From: Bugula neritina
Lineage: Eukaryota; Animalia; Bryozoa
DNA: 64,000 bases
Direction of reading: 5' to 3'
NCBI GenBank assembly: GCA_964035545.1
Contig: OZ037768.1
Coordinates: forward strand, 18,707,700 to 18,771,699
Below are positions 54,208 to 64,000 of this stretch, in pieces. How positions within the stretch are numbered: the first letter of the stretch is position 1; the number at the start of each line of letters is the position of its first letter. Under the pieces are notes generated by a model. The model had not been told where the DNA came from. It did not search any database and worked only from the letters and a program-made list of their open reading frames with translations. The position numbers and the translations under genes are program-made.

Positions 54208-55700
54208 ATGTCATTAATAATGCACTCCATTTCTGAGCTACTAACAAGCAACATTAAAATGTCTCTTTGTACTACTCTGCTACTAGCTATACGGAGATTT
54301 CTATCCACCTATTTATATTTTGTAAATGTTATTGTGCTAACATTTACCTTCTATTTGGACTACAGTCCTACTCATCATTTGCTGTCAACTTTGGTGTTAT
54401 CTGGAGCTCTGGCAAGTTTAATGTAAGTAAATATCTCTCTTTTCTTGGAAGGTAAACCACATAAATAATTAATACTGATGAGTATTTATATTTAACTGTG
54501 TGGAAATACTTGCTAATGTTTTATACCATGGAAACTATCACTATAAAGATTATATTTGTGAGGGAATTTAAATTGAAACATTCTTCATGCATTACATTAT
54601 GCAACTCTCAACTCCAGGTCAAGGGGCAACTGCAATTTTAAGAATACTTTATTCCATTCTGTTGAGTTTGTATTACATAATATTGGGTATGTTTATATAT
54701 AATATACATAAAACACATACTCCATTTACACGACATTATTTTTAATGCATATATGTATTCTTGAAATGAAGAACCTAGATACCATTCCAGACTACCCTGC
54801 ATGTAGGAATGAAGTCTAGTAACAGATATTTTATTATTATTTATAACCTTTCAATACTATAGTAACTGCAATGTTTGAAATTATTCTTTCAATACACTAT
54901 CTTTGCAATTTTAGATCAGAACTGGTCAAGAAGAAGGACCAGAGTTTAGACTTTGCCGAGTCAACAAACAATTTCAGCCCACATTTCAGTCGTCTCCAAC
55001 TCCTGCCTCTTCTCACCAGCAGAAGCTCTTCTCTAACAACTTTATCCGACTTATCACCAACCATCTCAAGATCTTCTTCATGGGCATCTCTACCTGAATT
55101 ATCCACCACCTCTTCATCCATTTTCTTCTCCAGCTCATCTGCTACTGATATCTCCAGATTCTCCTCTTGCACATCTACTACTGATTCATTTGCTACGACC
55201 TTTTCACCTCGTTCATCATCATCTCAGCTTCTCTCTTCTACACCATGTGATGCATCTCCAATCAATCTAGAAGATTTGAAACTTGGTAAGTCGTAGTCTC
55301 TTTAATCAGCACGTTATATACTGTTTTATCTACTAGCATATTGGAGTGAGGACTTCTAGCAGCATTAGTCATTAGTAAATATAATGAAAGAATTTACTCT
55401 AATATTACAAGCACTCATCATATAACAGTATATACTCTATCTTTTAGTATAGGTGTCATAGTAATTTGATATTACAGTTTCCCTATGTGAACAATATGTT
55501 ACATTATTATTACAGATCTCAGCTCACTAAGTGACTGCACATCTATCAGTTATACAGGAGAAGAAGAAGACAACTTCTATGAAAATGAACAGGAAGTGCT
55601 TCAAGAACCTAGAGTTCGTATAAGCCGCAGAAAAAGAATATGGCGGCGCATAAAACGTGCTTTCACATGCTGTGTGTGCATCTCACAGCCCGAGGAGTAA
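54208..55700 (+). CDS. Unrecognised (orphan) protein of up to 256 aa: hydrophobic N-terminus, Ser/Thr-rich middle, acidic stretch, basic helix and CCxC tail
   Basis: Exons 54208-54422, 54915-55285 and 55516-55700, with GTAAGT donors and matching phases (2, then 1). The last exon is conserved in the paralog at 63953-63769. The start is uncertain because there is a possible acceptor at 54365. Confidence 0.6.
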
Positions 55701-56240
55701 AGCATTTGATTTGATTACATCTCTTATATATATTATATCTTTGACAATTTTGAGTGTGTGTTGGCCTGTTGAAGTGTTAGTGGTGCGCGAGTGTGTGTGT
55801 TTGTGTGTTTGTGCATGTGCATAACAATATTCTTTGAATATTTCTCTTTATTTCTGTCACTTTCAGTTACACAGGTGACTGATGTGCATTTTATGTATGT
55901 TGGCATCATATTATTAATATAAAATAATAATATGTTCTGACCATTATTATAAATAAAATATATTAAAAAATTATATTTTTGCCTGTTATTTTATACAGTT
56001 GAGTATTTAGTAGGTATGTGATATAATCTGGTATAGCCCAAAGTACACTGAAATTTATAATTGAAATATTATAATATAATATGCAGTAGCTACATGATGG
56101 TTCATAACCAAGGTGTCAGCTTGTATTATTTGAGAATTATTCGGCAATAAGTTTGTCATCAACTAGACTGAGAGAATACAAACTTTGTATATTAATGGCA
56201 AAGTCTCGTCTATTGGAATAAATGTTGCTAAATAAAGCGG
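55485..56240. repeat. Left arm of an inverted segmental duplication (partner at about 63190-63987)
   Basis: Long reverse-complement matches through the exon, the 3' UTR and downstream sequence, e.g. TTCGGCAATAAGTTTGTCATCAACTAGACTGAGAGAATACAAACTTTGTATATTAATGGCAAAGTCT. Confidence 0.93.
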
Positions 56241-56361
56241 CTAAGATTATCCTTATGATGCAATGTAATAAGTGTAGGCGTGGTAGTTGGTTGTTTATAT
56301 AGTGGCTGAATAAAATATAACCATCATGCACTTTGTGTATACAACATAATTATACAGTCGC

Positions 56362-57331
56362 CAGTGTGAGAACCTTTAATGAAAGAGTTTTTTCTATTAA
56401 ATTTTGTTATAAGGACTTACTCAGGCAGGGCGCAGGAGCAATCATGACTGAATCACCGGCTTTCCATGTACCGATCTCAGATCGATCTCGCTGAGATCGA
56501 TCTGAGCATACCTCTCAGATCGATCGTTTTTCCATGAGAGTGTCAGATCGATCTCACGGAGTTGCCTCCTCTTAAGTGAAGAGTACTTTAATAGTATAAT
56601 TTGTTCACAAATCTGGATGATTAAAGCTGCTGAGGTTAAAAAACAAGATTGTTGATGTCTAAAAATTAATGGTGCTTGTAAACAATACGCAACAAAGCTT
56701 TTAGTGTAAAGTAATATAGCCAATTTAAGATAATCACTTTTAATTTTTTACCTCAACAGCTTAAATAAAATTAATAGCTATCTTGCAGATTATTCATAAA
56801 CTTACAGGATTGTTAAGCTTGAAATTACGCAGCAAATAACTAATGAAAGTAAGTTTTACTAGTCATTTAAATTCAATTTAAATGCTCCAATTTTTTGTAA
56901 TTTCTATGGACTATAATTTTATATAATTGAGTTTTTATAATCATAGTACTGAAAGTCAAAGTTTTGGCATCTGAAAATGTGGCTATCGTAATTATTAAGT
57001 AATTTGCTTAGTAATTATCAATAAGTTGTCATTTTTATCAGCAGACAACATTTTAGCGAACAGTCTTTTTCTACTTCTCAGATCGATCTGGAGTCTTTCC
57101 ATGGATCGATCTCACTGAGATCGATCTGAGTTCGAGCTCTACAGACCGACCAGCTCAGAACGACTGAGATCGATCTTTGACATCTTTCCATGGATCGATC
57201 TCGCTGAGATCGGTACATGGAAAGCCGGTGATTGTTCTTCCTAACATCTCCGATGGCCTTTGTCGGGTTCAAACCCATGACTTAGTGTTTACTAAGCAAA
57301 AGCTCTATAACCCCTAGACCACGGCTGCTCC
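56362..57331 (-). mobile_element. tRNA-Thr-derived SINE split in two (56362-56453 and 57231-57331) by a MITE
   Basis: The halves rejoin as CAGGAGCAATCATGACTGAAT|..TTCTTCCTAACATC, matching the intact copies. Confidence 0.85.
56454..57230. mobile_element. Non-autonomous DNA transposon (MITE), 777 bp, with CAC..GTG ends (CMC/EnSpm-like)
   Basis: Perfect 27-bp TIR CACCGGCTTTCCATGTACCGATCTCAG, AT on both flanks (possible 2-bp TSD) and subterminal AGATCGATCT palindromes. Confidence 0.9.
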
Positions 57332-57341
57332 ATCCTTTCGC

Positions 57342-58328
<987 letters not shown>

Positions 58329-58330
58329 TA

Positions 58331-58331
58331 T

Positions 58332-58365
<34 letters not shown>

Positions 58366-58386
58366 ACGCACACGCACACGCACACA

Positions 58387-58422
<36 letters not shown>

Positions 58423-58435
58423 TGCACACACGCAC
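58331..58435. repeat. Compound (CA)n/(CACACG)n/(CACG)n microsatellite
   Basis: Seen directly. Confidence 0.95.
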
Positions 58436-59489
58436 ATATATTTATTACATTGTATTATATTGTATTACTTTATGTTGATGTAAGAAGACAATCTCTAATC
58501 ATTTTTCAGAAGCATGAAACTTGCAGTTAAACTTGCCTAGTTTTACTCTTAAGTTATATTGAACAGATATTAAAGAATTGGTATCCTCTCCTAATTGGCT
58601 GGCTTTGCATGGTTTATACCCTGTGAAGTTACACAACCTAAGTTCTGTATGCAGTGAGTTACCACCTCAGAGACCCAATTTGTAGTATGATTGGTATGAG
58701 TCCCTTTATAGTCTGAATAGCAACTAATTATTACATAATTTTGTTTGAATTTTATTTAATGATTTAATTTTATAATCTGATTTAGTATAATTTATAATAT
58801 AAGACTAATTGAACCTAGCAAAATTGTGCAAATGATTTTGTTGGAAATGTTTTGATATTTATAGGAAAGCAAAAACTGTACGTAAGCAATTTAACAGCAA
58901 CAATCTTTTTGCAGGTAAATTGATAAAAATAGCTGTATAATGGTTTAGAAGATTGTGCTGAGAAAGTAACCTGCAATACACTGAAACATGCAATAAATAA
59001 AGCTATATTTGTCACTTTATAAATTTCCAACATTGGAGGGAATTAACAGTGAAGCACTTCAAGATAATATTGCTCATTTGCGACACTGGAAGAAAATTAT
59101 TTTGAAAATTAGAAAAATTTGAAGGAAGAAATAAAGAAATGCTAAAATGATATAAAATTTAAAAATAATACTAAGCGTCAAAAATTAAAACTTTCTGTTC
59201 AAATTCTGAGACATCACAATTTACTTAAGTCTTATATGACTAGAAGAATGTGGATATACTAATAGACAAAGACAATTAATTCATATCTATTCCACTGTAT
59301 ATTTATACATAATGCTGTAAAGTATGCGATTCTTCATTAATAAACTTGAACAATGATTAGCCTAATTCATGAAATAAACAAATGAAAATCAGTTTTAATA
59401 GCACATTTTCAATTAAAATATATGCTCTTAAAAATTGTCATATTGCTAATGAAAAGCAAAATATAGTAATTTCTATTACAAAACACTTA

Positions 59490-59677
59490 CCCTGTGAGAA
59501 AACTGCTGATGGAAAGGTTTTTTGTTAAATAGGGCTAAGAACTAATTCATATGTGGCACAGGAAAAATTATGAGTGGGTGTTCTTTTTAACATTAACAAT
59601 GGCCTTTGTCAGGATGTGAACCCATGGCTTCGTGTTAGCTACGCAAACACTCTAATCCCTAGACCACCACTGCTCCC
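59490..59677 (-). mobile_element. tRNA-Thr-derived SINE, older copy
   Basis: Family motifs with more substitutions. Confidence 0.8.
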
Positions 59678-59839
59678 TATAACAATTTCGATTTTGTTTA
59701 AGTAGAAATGTAAGTTTTATAAACATTAAACCATCAAGTATATAAACATTAATTTTCTTTTTGCAAGATGCATGTGGATAATTGAGAGTCTAATATATAA
59801 TGCAGTCCTTACAGTTTCTATCAAACATATAAATATTAG

Positions 59840-59876
59840 CCAATCACAATGCTATCTCTAAAAATTGGGTATAAAA
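59840..59876 (+). promoter_or_regulatory. CCAAT box and TATA box upstream of the lectin gene
   Basis: AGCCAATCA around 59840 and TATAAAA at 59870-59876, about 90 bp before the ATG. Confidence 0.6.
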
Positions 59877-59963
59877 GGAATAAAATTGTATCACAAAAGT
59901 AGAGTTCAGAAGTTGTAATCTAATAATTGTTGTTCAAGCAGACATTCAAATAGTTATCTGAAC

Positions 59964-61221
59964 ATGAATATTAGAACATGTGTTCTGGTCTGTGTAGTTC
60001 TGGCAGCGTGTGTTGCTGCCTGTACTGGTATGGGCTGGTCAGCATGTCAAGGTAAGCAATATACAGATATTATTATATTAATATATAGTAATATAATATA
60101 CATACCTAAATAATTTATACTATAACTCTAGATTATTAGTATCTCTGAGGGTTTATTTATACAAGAGACTATATAGAGCAAGTATTAAAGTCACAACTTT
60201 TGTACTCTTACTAGTTTAAATGAATTATTTAGACAAAGAATAGCACAGAATAACTATATAAAATTTTGATTATATCTAATGTTTACAAATATACACGCAG
60301 TATACATTAAATATTTGCTTGATTTCCAGATGCTTTGTCATGTCCGATGGGTTATCTATACAACCCTCATTCTATGTCATGCTTCAACATCAGCACTCAG
60401 CAAACAACCTGGGACAATGCAAAAGCTGCCTGTCAAAGTACTGGAGACAGACTGGCTGTGTTGGATAGTCTGGAATCTATTTCTTGGGTTAAACACATGA
60501 GGGCAACTCACCCAGGTATTGTGAAACTTGTAAAATGAAATGGTGCAAATTTTAGAGATGTTATTCGTTTTGCCTAAAATCTATTGATTAGGTTTAAACT
60601 TTTTATGATATAATATGAGATAAACTTAAAACAATGTTAGACTTTACTATATTGTCTTGAAAAACAACACAGTTAGTAGGATTTTTTCAGTTATTCACAT
60701 TACTTATAAACATGCTTACCAAATTACAAGTAGAAATAAATGGTTATGGATGCCAATTATTTACTACATTAATTAATATAAAATAAGAAGTTAACAAAAC
60801 TGATAGTATATTATACTGCTTATGGAATGAAATAGAAACAAGTTCAAAATCCTTCAGTTTAATTGCATCTGGTGAGTCATCTTTTGTGAGAAATTTTAAT
60901 AAACTTATATTATATATTTTTTTCCTACACAGAAGTAAAATTAGTATGTCTTCCTAATCAGAAAATACTTCTACAGATTGGCTGTCATCTGCTAATCAAT
61001 ACATATGGATTGGTGGTAGAAAATTTCATGGCCTGTGGCAATGGGATGGTAATGTTAGAAAGGATATAGTGGTTGCTGGTTGGTATGATAACAAACCTGA
61101 CAGCTATAATAGAGGAATTCAAGATTGTCTTTATGTGATTCCCAAAGGACAAAGGCTGCAATAGGATGATGGACCTTGTTCATCTGTTAAAAAGTATTTT
61201 TGTGAGAAGTTTTTAAGATAA
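59964..61221 (+). pseudogene. Secreted single-domain C-type lectin with one premature TAG (null allele, young pseudogene or recoding)
   Basis: Exons 59964-60051 (signal peptide), 60330-60515 (CPMGY..SCF..TWDNAKAACQSTGDRLAVLDS) and 60977-61221 (IWIGG..WQWDG..W..KPD..DC..LQ*DDGPC..YFCEK). TAG at 61162-61164. Confidence 0.88.
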
Positions 61222-63189
61222 AGTTGTAATAATCTGTTTTTACTAGCTATAAATAATATAATATGTTATCATTATATAGTAATAAATAAAAAAAAATTAT
61301 TTTAAAATTAAAAGAATATTGCTTACATGAATAGACAACGGCCTTTTTGCCAGTCATTCCTTAGCTTTTGACAGCATCAACATACTATTTTGCGTATAAT
61401 GAGCATCAATTCCCACATCAACATTAAGTTTAACTCACAACTCAATTAAAATAGTTTTAATTATAATTATAATTATAATTATAATACAACCTCACAGCTA
61501 GATTAGCCGTTCTAACCAACAGCAATCTTTCACACTTTTAGGTTGAACTTCTATAGTTTCAATCTTTTCTCTAAAAGAACTGCTGGCATGTCATAATTCT
61601 ATATTATTCAAACAAGTAATCTTACATGAAATCTGAAATTAAAAATGGAAAATGTATGCATTCCACCCAGCCGCACAACTTTTATAACATACAGCAAACT
61701 ATTTGAAACTTTATTTTCTTTTTAAAGACTGCATTTAATTTTAAATCTTTGACTAACAATCTGCTATTTGATTACTCGAAAAAACTCCTATGTCAAAATA
61801 TTTATTTATGTTTACATTTTTTTAATTTTGTAATTTCCAAAGTATACATAAGCTGAACCAGTGTAAAAATTAGGGCTACCTATACATACACATTATTTCA
61901 GAAGAGTAACTAACAACAGGCAGTTGTAATTCTACTATGTTTGTTGCAGACTTTCAGTGGAAGTTCAGTGCAATAGTTTTTCGACGGTTCTGTACTTGAA
62001 TAGGAAAATAATTTACAGTATTATATATTTTCACCTTAGAAAAAAATTAATATGTTTTATGTTTTATGCACACACGGAAATGCACATATAATTAGTGATT
62101 ACTAAAGTAATAAAAATGAAATGTTTCTGCCCTTTAGATTACTTCACTATTTATCTATGCTTATACCATTAGATTTTTTGCTATTCACACTTGAATAGAT
62201 GAGTAAATTTCCTCCTTAATTTGCCATTTGATGTCACTCAAGCTAGCTCAATTTTGATTATTATGCCAGTTTCCTAGTTTTAGCTCGTCACCAATTGATG
62301 CATTGACTGATTTATAATAGCAAGTTGTGCTTAGATAGAAAATCTTAAAAGTAAACTTGACTAGTGTGAAATTTGGTCAGATGCCATAAGCATTACAAAA
62401 TAGCTGTGTTCTTAATAGTCAGTAAAAGTTATTTTACAGTCATACATCGGAGGCATGCATGGGGAGGAATTATAATAGTTATTGAAAACTTATATCAGAC
62501 TGGCTATAAGTTCAAATACTTGCAAAATTTTATAATTAAACTGAAACACAAGATGGCTTCCATATTCTAAAGTAATACTATTGGAACATCGTGCTGGCAT
62601 CGACTATATCTGTGAATAAATGCAGTCTGTCTGCGCTGTATAATGTTCACCTTTATGTTTAAAGTGATGATAAAATGAAATATTATGTACTTCTAGTATT
62701 GATGTTTATTGAAACTTCCATTAAGTATGGTAGAAATAATATTTCTGTATGCATGATCGTCGAGCAAAAACAGCCAGCAGAACAGGTATTTAAATAAGGG
62801 ATTTACCACTTGCAAAGTATTAAGCTAGGGTGAGACAACTCCAACGCAGTAAATTCTGCAGTCTATTATAATATGCCAATGTCCAACATAGGCCTATATG
62901 TATAGTGGGATGTGCTACTGTAAAATCCTTCCACTGTGTGCTTTGCAATTATTTATATTTATTAGTTTCTGTTATCATGCTGGAGATTGTATTAATGGTT
63001 ATAGCGTGGTAGTAGTGACATATGTTACACTCCATGTTTGTATGCAGCCAAATCATACTTTAACTTCTATTTTGATTTTTAGATTTAACCTTAGCTCTTT
63101 ATGTTATAGACTATGAGTTATATAATATTGTATACATCTATAGCCTAAGCTCCATGACTACCACATGTATCCGCACCCAAATAAATACC

Positions 63190-63987
63190 TGCTTTATTTA
63201 GAAACATTTTTTCAATTAGGCAAGACTTTGCCATTAATATACAAAGTTTGTATTCTCTCAGTCTAGTTGATGACAAACTTATTGCCGAAAAATTATCAAA
63301 TGATACAAACCGATACATTGTTCATGAACGCCATGTAGCTACTGCGTGTATTATAATATTTCAATTATAAATTTTTGTAGACTTTTGGGCTATTCCAGAT
63401 TATATCCCATACCTACTAAATACTCAACTGTATAAAATAAATAGCCGAATATATATTTTTTAATATATTTTATTTATAATAATGATGATGCAGAACATAT
63501 TATTATTTGTTTATATTAATAATATTATGATGACAACATACATAAAATGCACATCAGTCACTTGTGTAACTGAAAGTGACAGAAATAAAGAGAAATATTC
63601 AAAGAATATTGTTATGCACATGCACAAGCACACAAACACACACACTCTCGCACACATACACACGCACACGCACACACACGCACCACTAACACTTCAACAG
63701 GCTAACACACGCTCAAATTTGTCAAAGATAATATAATATATATAAGAGATGTAATTAAACCAGGTGCTTTACTCCTCTGGCTGTGAGATGCACACACAGC
63801 ATGTGAAAGCACGTTTTATGCGCCGCCATATTCTTTTTCTGCGGCTTATACGAACTCTAGGTTCTTGAAGCACTTCCTGTTCATTTTCATAGAAGTTGTC
63901 TTCTTCTTCTCCTGTATAACTGATGGATGTGCAGTCACTTAGCAAGCTGAGATCTGTAAAAATATAAGTGTAACATATTGTACACAT
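63190..63987. repeat. Right arm of the inverted segmental duplication
   Basis: Reverse complement of about 55485-56240. Confidence 0.93.
63769..63953 (-). CDS. Last exon of the paralogous orphan gene; upstream exons lie beyond the window
   Basis: TTACAG acceptor and a 185-nt exon identical in length to 55516-55700: DLSLLSDCTSISYTGEEEDNF..RRKRIWRRIKRAFTCCVCISQPEE*. Confidence 0.65.
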
Positions 63988-64000
63988 GGTATATACAATA

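Overview
AT-rich, intron-rich eukaryotic DNA from an invertebrate animal; the taxon cannot be fixed from the sequence. Most short ORFs in the supplied track are exon fragments or noise. Splicing GT-AG exons by hand gives these genes, left to right. (1) The 5' half of a receptor-type guanylyl cyclase (minus strand, runs off the left edge). (2) TCEANC2 (+), tail-to-tail with TMEM147 (-). (3) SPT6 (+, about 32 coding exons) with an expanded Thr-Pro repeat tail. (4) A Ly6/quiver-like three-finger protein (-). (5) A TRIM protein with RING, two B-boxes, coiled coil and a propeller-like C-terminus (-), followed by a degenerate duplicate of its last exon. (6) An unrecognised three-exon orphan gene (+) whose inverted paralog begins at the right edge. 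(7) A secreted C-type lectin (+) with a single in-frame TAG at a conserved Trp. Mobile DNA includes a decayed Penelope-like retroelement with an intact type I hammerhead ribozyme, about nine copies of a tRNA-Thr-derived SINE, RTE-clade LINE fragments, four MITE families and several micro/minisatellites. There is no CRISPR, rRNA or prokaryotic content. I cannot claim a proven new system. The best leads are the hammerhead, the orphan inverted gene pair (with a similar motif on the antisense strand), the SPT5-like repeat tail of SPT6 and the TAG-interrupted lectin. Exon boundaries and family assignments were read by eye, and no database search was run.
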